A DNA stretch of 64,000 nucleotides from an uncultured Candidatus Rokubacteria bacterium (GTDB taxonomy: Bacteria > Methylomirabilota > Methylomirabilia > Rokubacteriales > DASRDR01), in assembly GCA_963708025.1 (NCBI GenBank), contig CAVPSB010000018.1, positions 160,001 to 224,000 of the forward strand, written 5' to 3'. Under the pieces are notes generated by a model. That model saw only the letters and a program-made list of their open reading frames with translations. It was not told the origin of the DNA and made no database searches. The stretch's first letter is position 1. Every line of letters begins with the position of its first letter. Both the position numbers and the translations under genes were made by a program. Below are positions 1 to 9,749 of the stretch, one piece after another.

Positions 1-680
1 CGCTCCACGTCCTGAAGGGGGTGTCGTACGAGATCTACGAGGGGGAGATCGTCTCCCTCCTCGGCGGGAACGCGTCCGGCAAGTCGACGACGATGAAGAC
101 GGTGCTCGGCCTGGTGCGGCCGGCCGAGGGGACGGTGACCTTCCGGGGCCAGCCGATCCACACCCTGCGCACGGCCGAGATCGTCAGGCGCGGGATCGCC
201 CCGGTGCCCGAGGCCCGGCGGGTCTTCCCGAGGATGACGGTGCTGGAAAATCTCGAGATGGGCCGCTACACTCGCCGGAACCAGCCCGGATGGGAGGCCG
301 AGCTGGACCGCGTGTACGGCCTCTTCCCGGTGCTGAAGGACCGACGGACCCAGCTCGCCGGCACCATGTCGGGGGGCGAGCAGCAGATGCTCGCGATCGG
401 GCGCGCGCTGATGGCCAACCCGACCCTGCTCTGCATGGACGAGCCGTCGATGGGGCTCTCCCCGGGGTACGTCGAGCAGGTCTTCGACATCATCCGGGCC
501 ATCAACGAGCAGGGGACCACCATCTTCGTCGTCGAGCAGAACGTGAACATGGCGCTCTCGATCGCCCACCGGGGCTACGTGCTCCAGATGGGCGAGGTGG
601 TGCTGGCCGGCACCGCCCGGGAGCTGCTGGAGAGCCCGCTGATCAGGAAGGCGTATCTAGGCGCCGCCGCCGAGGCATGA
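1..680 (+). CDS. livF: Branched-chain amino acid ABC transporter ATP-binding protein (5' truncated by window edge)
   Basis: Walker A GGNASGKS, VPEARRVF, MSGGEQQMLAIGRAL, DEPSMGL and C-terminal AYLG, all typical of LivF. Confidence 0.9.
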   Translation, partial: LHVLKGVSYEIYEGEIVSLLGGNASGKSTTMKTVLGLVRPAEGTVTFRGQPIHTLRTAEIVRRGIAPVPEARRVFPRMTVLENLEMGRYTRRNQPGWEAELDRVYGLFPVLKDRRTQLAGTMSGGEQQMLAIGRALMANPTLLCMDEPSMGLSPGYVEQVFDIIRAINEQGTTIFVVEQNVNMALSIAHRGYVLQMGEVVLAGTARELLESPLIRKAYLGAAAEA

Positions 681-710
681 GCGGCGCCGGGCCGATACCC
701 TTCGCATCGC

Positions 711-832
711 GTCGTCGTTTGGACGGCCTTCGGCCTTTGGGGTCGTCGCCGATCCTCGGCGTACTCGGAGTACGCCTGCGGTCGGGGACTCCCTGCGTCC
801 TAGCGCTGCTCGGGTCTCGGCCCGGCGCCCCG
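711..832. repeat. Palindromic intergenic repeat, scaffold A, copy 1
   Basis: 711-800 matches the reverse complement of 61224-61313 at 86/90 nt by manual alignment; central hairpin GGCGTACT-CGG-AGTACGCC; carries the 20-nt module at 721-740. Confidence 0.9.
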
Positions 833-851
833 TAGTCGACGCGGACGTGCC

Positions 852-1911
852 GTGACCGCGCTGCCGCCTCGCGAGGTGCTCGGGTTTTATCCGACGCCGC
901 TTCACGCGCTGACACGGCTGAGCGAGCATCTCGGCGGCCCGCGGCTCTACATCAAGCGCGATGACCTCACCGGGTTCGCCCTGGGCGGCAACAAGGTGCG
1001 GAAGCTCGAGTTCTTCCTGGGCGAGGCGCGGGCGACCGGCGCCGACGTCCTGGTGACCGCCGGGGGGCACCAGTCGAACCACGCCCGCATCACGGCGGCG
1101 GCCGCCGCCCGGGTGGGCCTCGGCTGCGTGCTGGTCCTCTCCGGGGGTCGCCCGGCGGCCTACGCGGGCAACCTCGCGCTGGACCGCCTCTTCGGCGCCG
1201 AGCTTCGCTTCGTCGGGACCGGGCCCGAGCGGATGCCGGCGGTCCACGCCCTCGCCGCCGAGCTGTCCGCCGCCGGGCGCCGGCCGCTCGTGATCCCGAT
1301 CGGCGGCTCGACCCCGCTCGGCGCCCTCGGCTACGTCGAGGCGGTCCGCGAGGCGGCGGCCCAGCTTCGCGACCTTCGGGGTCACGCCGGCGGCGATCGT
1401 CCACGGCTCCTCGTCGGGCGGAACCCAGGCCGGCCTCGTCGTCGGCTGCCGTGTCTCCAACCTGGACACGCGCGTCATCGGGATCAGCGCCGACGAGACC
1501 CGGGCGGACCTCGGCCGGATGGTCGCGGAAATCGTCGGACCGCTGGCCGAGCGGATCGGGCTGCCGGCACCCTTGCCGGGCGCCATCGAGGTGCTGGACG
1601 AGTACGTCGGCGTGGGGTACGGGATCCCGACCGCCTCCTCCGAGGAGGCCACCGAGCTCTTCGCCCGGCTGGAGGGCATTCCGCTCGACCCGAGCTACGG
1701 CGCGAAGGCCGGAGCCGGGCTGATCGACCTCGTCCGCCGGCGGGTCTTCGGCCCGCGAGACACCGTGTGCTTCTGGCACACCGGCGGCGCCACCTGGCAC
1801 CGGCCGCCGGGGCCCGACCGGCGCGTGAGGCTTCCTTCCACCGCGGGCTGGCGCAGATGGACCGTCAGCGAGTCGGACTCTGCTGGGACTGCCGCTGGGC
1901 GCGGCGCGTGA
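852..1911 (+). CDS. D-cysteine desulfhydrase / ACC deaminase family PLP enzyme (frameshift near 1378)
   Basis: IKRDDLTGFALGGNKVRKLEF and QSNHAR in the 852 frame; SSGGTQAG, LDPSYGAKA and FWHTGG in the 1519 frame. Confidence 0.85.
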
Positions 1912-2030
1912 CGAGCGGGCGAGGATCGGTCTTCTTCCTGTGCCGCCGGGCGGAGACCGAGCCCGCCTATCCGAGGTACCCGCCACTGCCGCGGCTTTCC
2001 TGCGCGGGGTACGAGCCGTCCGATTCCTCC
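1857..2030 (+). CDS. Small Cys-rich hypothetical protein (3' end uncertain)
   Basis: MDRQRVGLCWDCRWARRVTSGRGSVFFLC...YPRYPPLPRLSCAGY has four Cys and normal composition; no nearby stop, so it runs into the convergent gene. Confidence 0.55.
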
Positions 2031-3385
2031 GATCCCGGGGGAGGGAGACGCGGAGGATCAGCGGCGGGGAAGACCACCTTGAGGCAGTCGGCGAGCACGC
2101 TCAGCACGGTGTCGATCTCGGCCTCCTCGATGACGAGCGGCGGCTTGAGCTTGAGGACGTTCGGGAGCGCGGAGGCGGTCGCCAGGATCACGCCCCGCCG
2201 CATGGCCTCCTCCACGATCCGCTTCGCCTCGGCCGGCGCCGGCTCCTTGGTGACGGGATCCCGCACCATCTCGACCCCGATGAAGAGGCCCGGGCCCCGC
2301 ACGTCGCCGATCTGCGGGTACTCCTGCTGCAGGGCGCGCAGGCCGCGGGTGAGGAGCGCGCCCATGCGGGCCGCGCGCTCGGGGATGCGGTCCCGCTCGA
2401 GGATCTCGATGACCTTCAGCGCGACCGCCTGGGCCACCGGGTTCGAGCCGAAGGTGTAGACGTCCTCGCCGGTCGGCTCGAAGCGCTTGAGCCGGTCGTC
2501 GGCGACGACGGCGGCGATGGGGAAGCCGCCCCCCAGCGCCTTGGACAGCACCATCATGTCCGGCGTCACGCCGAGCCCCTCCGCGGCGAACATCCACCCC
2601 GTCCGGCCGAGGCCGGTCTGGATCTCGTCGAAGATCAGCAAGACCCCGAGCTCGTCGCAGATCCGGCGGACCTCCCGGACGAACGTGGCCGGGAACGGGA
2701 TCTGGCCCCCGCTCCCCTGGACCGGCTCCAGCAGCACCGCGGCCACCGGCCCGTCCACGCCGCGCTGGATCGTGTCACGGAGGGGCGCCGCGCACTCGGC
2801 GCCGGCGCACTCGCCCGAGGCCAGGCGGCGCGGGCAGCGGTAGCAGTAGGCGTTGGGGACGCGGACGAAGTTGTGGAGGAACGGCAGGAATTTCACCCCG
2901 GGTCCGAACGCGCCCGAGGTCTGGGTCCCGCTCCAGGAGGCGGCCATCGTCGCCAGCGTGTTGCCGTGGTAGGCGTGGTAGAAGGTCACGAAGCGGGCGG
3001 CCCCGGGCCGGTTGATCAGGGCGAGCTTGAGCGCCGTCTCGATCCCGAGCGAGCCGGTCGGCGCGAAGGTGACGGTGCCCAGCCGGCCCGGGCACAGGTC
3101 GGCCAGCCGCTTGGCCAGGAGCAGCCGGGGCAGGGTCGGGAACCCCGCCCGCGCGTGGGCGAGGATCCGGATCTGCGCCACCGCCGCCTCGATCACCTCG
3201 GGGTGGTTGTAGCCGAGCGCGAGGGTCCAGGCCTGGGCCGTGCAGTCGATGTACGACTTGCCGTCGATGTCGGTGACGCGGCTCCCCTGGCCGGAGACGA
3301 GCACCGGCCCCAGCCAGGCCGAGCCGTACCCGACGTGCTGCTGGAGCGCGGCGATCTCCCCGGGCGTCAGTCGTGGCGTGTCCAT
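1967..3385 (-). CDS. Class III PLP-dependent aminotransferase
   Basis: LGYNHP, EPVQGSGG, IFDEIQTGLGRTG, SKALGGG, GDVRGPGL; RBS GAGGAGG upstream. Confidence 0.92.
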   Translation of the reverse strand: MDTPRLTPGEIAALQQHVGYGSAWLGPVLVSGQGSRVTDIDGKSYIDCTAQAWTLALGYNHPEVIEAAVAQIRILAHARAGFPTLPRLLLAKRLADLCPGRLGTVTFAPTGSLGIETALKLALINRPGAARFVTFYHAYHGNTLATMAASWSGTQTSGAFGPGVKFLPFLHNFVRVPNAYCYRCPRRLASGECAGAECAAPLRDTIQRGVDGPVAAVLLEPVQGSGGQIPFPATFVREVRRICDELGVLLIFDEIQTGLGRTGWMFAAEGLGVTPDMMVLSKALGGGFPIAAVVADDRLKRFEPTGEDVYTFGSNPVAQAVALKVIEILERDRIPERAARMGALLTRGLRALQQEYPQIGDVRGPGLFIGVEMVRDPVTKEPAPAEAKRIVEEAMRRGVILATASALPNVLKLKPPLVIEEAEIDTVLSVLADCLKVVFPAADPPRLPPPGSEESDGSYPAQESRGSGGYLG

Positions 3386-3398
3386 CGAGGCCTCCTCA

Positions 3399-3533
3399 TT
3401 TCGGGACCTCCCGCCCTCCCGATCCTTCGACGGCCTTCGGCCTTTGGCCCCCCTCCCCCACCGCCCGACGGCCTTCGGCCTTTGGCTGGGGGGAGGGGGG
3501 AGTCGGAGGCCCTGATTCCTTCACACCCTCTCA
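3399..3533. repeat. Stop-codon-anchored intergenic element, scaffold B, with two 20-nt modules
   Basis: Ends TTCGGGACCTCCCGCCC and GGGGAGTCGGAGG..GATTCCTTCACAC.CTCTCA are shared with 29696-29787; modules at 3429-3447 and 3467-3485. Confidence 0.9.
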
Positions 3534-4355
3534 GCCCTTCAGGCCGGTGAGCGCGATGCCGCGGATCATGAACTTCTGGGAGACGGCGTAGGCCAGCAGC
3601 ATCGGCCCGGTGGCGATGACGGTGGCGGCCATCAACGGCCCGTAGTTGATGCTGCCGTACGGGTCCTTGAAGAGTGCGATGCCGACCGGCAGCGTCCGGA
3701 GCTCCTGCGAGTTGATGACGATGACCGGCCACAGGAAGTCGTTCCAGGAGCCCAGGAAGAGGATCATCGCCACGGTGGCCAGCGTCGTCTTGATGAGCGG
3801 GGTGATGATGGTGAGCACGATGCGGACCTCGCCGGCCCCGTCGATCCGGGCGGCCTCGATCAGGTCCACCGGGATGGCCTTGATCCCCTGGCGGATCATG
3901 AAGACGCCGAAGGCGCTGGCGAAGTTCGGGGCCAGGATGCCGAGATAGGTGTCCACCCACTCGATCCGGGCCAGGAGCACGTAGAGGGCGACCGAGGTCA
4001 CCTGGACCGGGACCATGAGCGTGCTCAGGATCAGCAGGAAGAGGACGGTCTGGAGCGGGAACCGGTAGACGGCGAAGGCGTAGCCGGCGAAGAGCCCGAA
4101 GGCGAGCGAGCAGCCGACCGAGACCACGGCGACGACCAGGCTGTTCCGGTAGTAGCTGAGCCAGGGCGCCTTGGCGAAGGCCGTCGCGAAGTGCTCGGCG
4201 GTCAGCCGGCTCGGGATCCACTTCGGCGGGAACGCGAGGATGTCCGAGGCCGGGCTGACCGCCGTCACCACCATCCAGTAGAAGGGCAGGATCATCAGGA
4301 CGGCGACCGCCGTCACCACGGTGAACAGCGCGATCCGGCCCGCGGCCCGGGTCAT
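3531..4355 (-). CDS. Carbohydrate ABC transporter permease (MalG/UgpE-like)
   Basis: EAA motif DLIEAARIDGAG, WNDFLWP, QKFMIRGIALTGLKG; ATG at 4355. Confidence 0.92.
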   Translation of the reverse strand: MTRAAGRIALFTVVTAVAVLMILPFYWMVVTAVSPASDILAFPPKWIPSRLTAEHFATAFAKAPWLSYYRNSLVVAVVSVGCSLAFGLFAGYAFAVYRFPLQTVLFLLILSTLMVPVQVTSVALYVLLARIEWVDTYLGILAPNFASAFGVFMIRQGIKAIPVDLIEAARIDGAGEVRIVLTIITPLIKTTLATVAMILFLGSWNDFLWPVIVINSQELRTLPVGIALFKDPYGSINYGPLMAATVIATGPMLLAYAVSQKFMIRGIALTGLKG

Positions 4356-4360
4356 CGAGC

Positions 4361-4445
4361 CCCCCCCCACCCATGGACGGCCTCGGCCTTTGCGACCCCT
4401 CCCCACCACTCGACGGCCTTCGGCCTTTGGCCGGGGGGAGGGGAG
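4361..4445. repeat. Scaffold B core with two modules, between the permease genes
   Basis: CCCCTCCCCACC..GGGGGGAGGGG hairpin with modules at about 4375-4392 (one T missing) and 4412-4430. Confidence 0.8.
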
Positions 4446-4489
4446 ATGCGCGTTGCACGGGCCCTGGGCGATCCGCTTCAGACGCCCCA

Positions 4490-5435
4490 TCAGTAGGCGA
4501 CCTCGAAGCGCTTGCTGTAGACGTACTGCACCACGGTGATGCCCAGGATCAGGGCGAAGAGCACGGTGGCCTCGGCCGCCGCGTAGCCCATGTTGTAGCG
4601 CTCGAAGGCCTGGCGGTAGAGGTCGAGCACGACGACGTTGGTGGCGTTGGCCGGGCCGCCTCCGGTCAGGACGAAGACCTGGTCGAAGACCTGGAAGGCC
4701 AGGATGCCGTTGTAGATGAGGAGGAAGGTGGTCGTGGGCGCCAGGAGGGGCACCGAGATCCGCCAGAACTGGCGGACGGCGCCGGCGCCGTCGATGGTCG
4801 CGGCCTCGTAGAGCTGCTGGGGGATGGACTGGAGGCCGGCCAGGTAGATGATCATGTTGTAGCCGAGGCTCTTCCAGACGCTGAAGATGATGATCGCGGT
4901 GAGGGCCGTCCGGCTCGACATGAGCCAGGGCTGATCGGGCAGCCCGACCAGCCGCAGCAGCACGTTGAAGAGCCCGAACTGCGGGTTGTAGAGCCACCAC
5001 CACACCATGGCGGCGGCCGCCGTGCTGGTGACCATGGGCGCGAAGTAGACGGCCTTGTACAGCTCGCGGAGCCGGAAGCGGGTGTTGAACAGCACCGCCA
5101 GCCCGAGCCCCAGCGCCGGCCGAGATCGGGACGATGGTCGCCACGTAGAGGAGCGTGTTCGTCATGGCCTTGTGGAACGTCGGATCGACGGCCATGTCGC
5201 GGAAGTTGTCGAGCCCGATGAAGGTGAAGCGGCCCCGCACCAGCTCGACCTTGTAGACCGAGTAGAGCAGGGTCTGGACGGCGGGGACGACGCGGAAGAT
5301 GGCGAAGAGGAGGATGACCGGGGCAATGAACGCGTAGGCGTGGAGGACGTGGCGGCTCCGGAGGCGCGCGAGGCGCCGCCGCCAGGAATGGGACTGCCCC
5401 GCGGGAGGGACCCCCCGCGGGGCAGCGCCGGTCAG
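4490..5435 (-). CDS. Carbohydrate ABC transporter permease (MalF/UgpA-like; frameshift near 5120, start uncertain)
   Basis: HAYAFIAPVILLF...FIGLDNF in one frame; LYEAATIDGAG and FQVFDQV in another. Confidence 0.85.
5394..5425. other. GC-rich stem-loop downstream of the substrate-binding protein gene
   Basis: CTGCCCCGCGGG-8nt-CCCGCGGGGCAG, perfect 12-bp stem, at the position where ABC operons often carry mRNA-stabilising hairpins. Confidence 0.55.
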
Positions 5436-5448
5436 CTCCGGAGCGACG

Positions 5449-6741
5449 CTACTTGGCGGCGTCGGCGATCGCCTTGTTGGCCTGCCGGTCGGCTTCCGCG
5501 AGCGCCGCCTCGAGCGGCGCCTCGTGGTGCCAGACCTTCTGGATGGCCCCGCCCATCGCGTCCATCACGCCGTTGAAGCCGAGGTTGATGGGGAGCTTCT
5601 TGCCGTAGGGGTACATGACCTTGAGGGCCTGGTCGTAGGGATCGGACTTGAACGGCTCCTTGTCCCAGTTGACCTTGTAGCGCGGGGACGCGTCGTACTT
5701 CTTGCACAGCTCGTAGTCCTTCTCCGCGCTGTTGAGCCACTCGATCAGCTCCCACGCCAGCGCCTTGTTCTTGGCCGGCTTGGGCACCGCGTAGACCCAG
5801 GCGCCGAGCAGCGAGACGGGGGGGTCGCCGGCCTTCGGCGCGGGCGGGAGCGCCATGCCCCACTTGAGGTCGGGGGCCTCCTTCGGCTGGCGCGCCTTGA
5901 TGCTCACGGTCTCGCTGATCTGCATCGAGGCGATGCCCTTCAGGAACGCCGCCCGCGGGTCCGGGAAGTTCAGGCTGGTGGACTTGTCGACGTCCAGCAT
6001 GTCGAGGACCAGCTTCAGCGCCGCCTTCCCGCCGTCGTTGTTGATGATGGCCTTTCCGCCCCGCAGGAGGAGCGGGTCGTCGACCAGGCGGACGCCGCCG
6101 CTGTAGAGGGCCCAGAAATGCTTGTGCACGATGCCGTGGGGATGGCCGACGTGCCGGATCGCGTAGCCGACCCGCGTGATGTTCCCCTGGGCGTCCCGCT
6201 TGGTGAGCTTCTTGGCGTACTCCCGGAACTCGGCCCACGTCTTGGGCGGCTTCTCGGGATCGAGCCCCACCTCCTTGAAGTGCTCCTTGTTCCAGGTCAG
6301 CCCGTAGACGTCGATGCCGTACTGGGGGTAGCCCCACATCCGGCCGTTGCCGTAGTCCGACAGCTCCTTGATCTCGGGGGAGACCGCATTGAGCCACGCC
6401 CTGGCCTTGGCATCGGCGACCGGCTCCAGCATCTCCTCCTTGAGGAAGCCGGGGATCCAGCCGTTGTCGACGAACAGGATGTCGCCGATGTTCCGGCCGG
6501 CGGCGGCCGCGAAGATCTTCTGCTGCATGGTGTCGTAATCGAGGCCGACCGCCTCGACCTTGACGTTGTGCTTGGCCTCGAACTCGGCGAACAGGCCCTT
6601 GTCCGCGAAGTGGGCGGCGCCAGACGTGATGTCGCCGGCCGGGTACCAGAGGGTGACGGTGGCCTTCGCCTGGGCCGCGGCGAGCGCCGGAGCCAGGACG
6701 AGGACCGCGAGGGTGGTGGCGAGCCAGGTGAGGCGTCTCAT
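5449..6741 (-). CDS. Sugar ABC transporter extracellular solute-binding protein
   Basis: Signal peptide ending AAAQA; WNKEHFKEVGLDPEKPPKTWAEF, family 1 SBP. Confidence 0.9.
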   Translation of the reverse strand: MRRLTWLATTLAVLVLAPALAAAQAKATVTLWYPAGDITSGAAHFADKGLFAEFEAKHNVKVEAVGLDYDTMQQKIFAAAAGRNIGDILFVDNGWIPGFLKEEMLEPVADAKARAWLNAVSPEIKELSDYGNGRMWGYPQYGIDVYGLTWNKEHFKEVGLDPEKPPKTWAEFREYAKKLTKRDAQGNITRVGYAIRHVGHPHGIVHKHFWALYSGGVRLVDDPLLLRGGKAIINNDGGKAALKLVLDMLDVDKSTSLNFPDPRAAFLKGIASMQISETVSIKARQPKEAPDLKWGMALPPAPKAGDPPVSLLGAWVYAVPKPAKNKALAWELIEWLNSAEKDYELCKKYDASPRYKVNWDKEPFKSDPYDQALKVMYPYGKKLPINLGFNGVMDAMGGAIQKVWHHEAPLEAALAEADRQANKAIADAAK

Positions 6742-6844
6742 GGAAGGTTCCCCCTTTCGCGCTCTCGCGCGCTGGGACGGACTCTATGCCCGCGCTTCCG
6801 GCGGTGTCAAGGCCGGGGGCCCTGCGCCGGGGGTCCTCTGCGCG

Positions 6845-7736
6845 CTAGGCGAGGGGCAAAGTGGTGTCGGCGCGGGTCTCCTGGTCGTGGTAGCGGATCA
6901 GGGCCTCGAAGTCGGGACCGATGCGCGTGTCGCCGAAGGCCGCCAGGTAGCGGCACGTCGCGTAGCGGGCCGCGGTCGCGGCGTACTCCGACTCCCAGGC
7001 GCGGAACTGCGCCTCGGCCTGGGGCGTGTCGTAGGGAAAGCTGACCGGGGGCGGGCGGAGGCCGCAGCGCCACGGCTTGGGCGTCAGCCGGGCGCGGAAC
7101 GACTGCTGCATTCGACACAGCCGGACGTAGAGCGGGTCGGCGCCGAACTGCTGGAGCAGGGTCTCGCTCGCTCCGCTGCTGGCGTCGAGGCGAGAGCCGG
7201 TCACGATCGCCCGGTGTCCGGCGGCGGTGCGGTAGACGCGAGCGCCGAGCCCGTTGGCCTCGGCGACGCGCCGGACGTCGGCCAGCACCGGGCTCTCCCC
7301 CGTGGGCGGCGCCGGCGCGGCCTTGCCGAAGAGCGACAGGACGCTGGACACCAGGCCCATCGCGGCGGCCGCCCCGTCCGGCGTGTCGCCCCGGTCGATG
7401 TCGACGAACATCAGCTGGCGGGCGTTCAGGACGAGGGCACCGTACGCGTTCCGCGTGACCACCGCGCCGGCCTCGCCGCCGCCCCCGCCCGGGAACTCGC
7501 GCAGGATCGGCTCCGGCAGTGGCCGGTCGCCGTACGGGTATCGGCCGGTCCCGCCCGGACCCGAGAGCAGCCGCTGGGCCAGCCTGGCGCGCGGTGACGC
7601 GGGCCAGGTCGCGCGCGGCCGCGAGGCTGTCGTTCGACCAGCCCCGGGCGACGACGCGGATCCGCTGGCCGCCCGGTCCGATGGCCTCGCCCGGCTCCCG
7701 CGCCCAGAACCGCGCCAGCTTCACGGCCAGCAGCAT
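6845..7736 (-). CDS. Hypothetical protein (frameshift near 7580), possible AEP/Prim-Pol-like fold
   Basis: VKLARFWARE..RGWSNDS N-terminus joins the frame carrying RYPYGDRPLPEP, MFVDID, YRTAAGHR, ADPLY, FRARLTPKP. Confidence 0.7.
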
Positions 7737-7788
7737 ACGACGAACGCCGCGCTCGCGCACCCGGGCCCGCGGCGGGCGGCAGGCCCGC

Positions 7789-8470
7789 TCAGCCGGCGCG
7801 GACCACGCGGAAGCCGTAGTCGGAGTAGCGGAGGTGGGGCGGGAGGCTCGAGCGGTGGGCGACGGCGCTCCACGGCACCTGGTGGCGCCAGGCGCCGCCG
7901 CGGGAGACGCGACGGGTCCCGTGGGGCGGGCCGGCGGGCTCCGCTCGGGGGCGACCGCGTAGTAGTCGTCGGCGTGCCAGTCGAGGCACCACTCGTGGAC
8001 GCAGCCGGAGAGGTCGGTGAGGCGGAAGCCGTTGGCGGGACCGCCTCCGACCGGCGGCGGCCCGGGGAGCGGGAAGCCGCGCGTCGGGGAAGACCGCGGC
8101 GGGCGGCGCGTCGCCCCACGGATAGCGCGCGCCGTCGAGCCCGCCGCGCGCCGCCTTCTCCCACTCCGCCTCGGTGGGCAGGCGGTGGCGGCGCCGGTGC
8201 GCTCGCTCGAGCCAGCGGCAGAAGGCGACGGCCTCGTCCCAGCCCACGCCGACGACGGGCTGGGCGGGATCGCCGAAGCGCGCGTCGGCCTGGAACGGCG
8301 GTGGCGCGGCCCCGGTCGCCGCCAGGTACTCGGCGTAGGCCGCGTTCGTCACCGGCGCTCGTCGCGATCGCGAAGGCGTCGAGCCACACGCGATGGCGGG
8401 GCCGCTCGCCCGGGACGCCGTCCTCCCGGCCCATCCAGAACCAGCCGGCGGGGATCTCGACCAGCTCCAC
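7789..8470 (-). CDS. Formylglycine-generating enzyme (SUMF1/EgtB/PvdO) family protein, several frameshifts
   Basis: [48 protein letters not shown] spread across frames. Confidence 0.85.
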
Positions 8471-8473
8471 GAC

Positions 8474-8916
8474 TCAGTCGGCAGGCGTCTTCTTCTCCAG
8501 CTCGGCCAGTCGCCGCCGGAGCGCTCTGCTCCTCCTCCCAGCGATGGGTCTCGTCGCGCACGATGGCGGCGATGCCGGTGACCCGCCCGTCGGCCGACTT
8601 CAGGAGCGCGACGGTGAAGGCGATCGAGATGCGCTGGCCGTCCTTCCGCAGGGCGGGCACGCGGAGGACGTCGGTGCCGTACCGCGTCACGCCGGTCTGC
8701 ATCACCTCGCGGTAGCCGTCCCAGTGGCGCGCCCGGTAGCGCTCCGGGATGATGAGGTCGAGCGACTGCCCGAGGACGTCGGCGGCCGGGTACCCGAAGA
8801 TTCGCTCGGACGCCGGGTTCCAGAGGCGGATGCGCCCGTCCGGGTCGGCGGCGACGATCGCGTCCCCGGCGGCCTCGACGAGCGCGGCGAAGTCGAGCGG
8901 TGCCGGCCTGGCTCAT
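8474..8916 (-). CDS. Stand-alone PAS domain protein (frameshifts near 8900 and 8520)
   Basis: [46 protein letters not shown]; ends [14 protein letters not shown]. Confidence 0.8.
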
Positions 8917-9013
8917 GCCCTCATTCTACGTGGCTGCCGGCGGTCCTTGTCGGCGCCGGGCTACCGTCCGGCGCTTCCTTGACGTCGGAGGTAGAGCGTC
9001 CTACGCTTGACGC

Positions 9014-9292
9014 ATGCAGAGCATCGTGTCCTCGAAGGGTCAGATCACCCTGCCGGTCGCCATCCGAGCCCGGCTCGGTCTGGTCACCGGTACGCCCGTC
9101 GATTTCGAGGTCCGCGACGGTGAGGTGATCCTGCGGAAAGGCGTCCGCGGCGCCCACCCGGTCGATCGGATCTTCGGACGGCTGCAGCTCGGCAGGCCGG
9201 TGGACGCGCTCCTCGACGAGATGCGCGGGCGCGACCGTCCCGGTCCTCGACCGTTGCCGCCGTCGGCCGTCGCCGCGCCGCAGTTCTTCTTG
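9014..9292 (+). CDS. AbrB/MazE/SpoVT-type antitoxin (read in frame with the toxin)
   Basis: [18 protein letters not shown] swapped-hairpin signature. Confidence 0.85.
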
Positions 9293-9703
9293 AAGACGGC
9301 GGTCGATTCCTCGGTGCTGCTCGACGTCCTGGGTGCCGACTCTCGCTTCGGCAAGTCGTCGCGAGAGGCCCTGCGGGCAGCCTACGATGGGGGCGCCCTC
9401 GTGGCCTGCGATGTGGTCTGGGCGGAGGTCCGGGCGCAGTTCGCCACCGATGCCGAGTTCGACCAGGCGCTCTCGCTTCTCGGAATCCGCTTCGAGGCGA
9501 TCACTTCCGAAGCGGCGGCGCTCGCGGGGCGGTTGTGGCGCCAGAGTCGGCGCGCGGGTCAGGCGAGGCGAGTGCGGGTCGTCGCCGATTTTCTCGTCGG
9601 CGCCCACGCTTCGATCCAGGCAGACGGGCTGCTGACCCGCGACCGGGGCTTCTATCGGCGGTACTTCCGGGTGAGGGTCATCGACCCAACTGCGAGCGGC
9701 TGA
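9290..9703 (+). CDS. vapC: PIN-domain (VapC) toxin
   Basis: TTG start; [29 protein letters not shown]. Confidence 0.85.
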   Translation: MKTAVDSSVLLDVLGADSRFGKSSREALRAAYDGGALVACDVVWAEVRAQFATDAEFDQALSLLGIRFEAITSEAAALAGRLWRQSRRAGQARRVRVVADFLVGAHASIQADGLLTRDRGFYRRYFRVRVIDPTASG

Positions 9704-9749
9704 GCCGCGGCGGCGCCGCCCGTACCGCGGGAGGCCCGCAGGTCCCGCT

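Noticed and set aside
3429-3485. Two identical 19-nt repeats with a 19-nt spacer as a mini CRISPR array
   Set aside because: Only two units; the spacer is a conserved scaffold arm that recurs at about 4395 and in the 29696 copy; no cas genes.
3531-5240. 569-aa fused double permease ORF
   Set aside because: Artefact of the frameshift near 5120; the two permeases have their own stop (4490) and start (4355).
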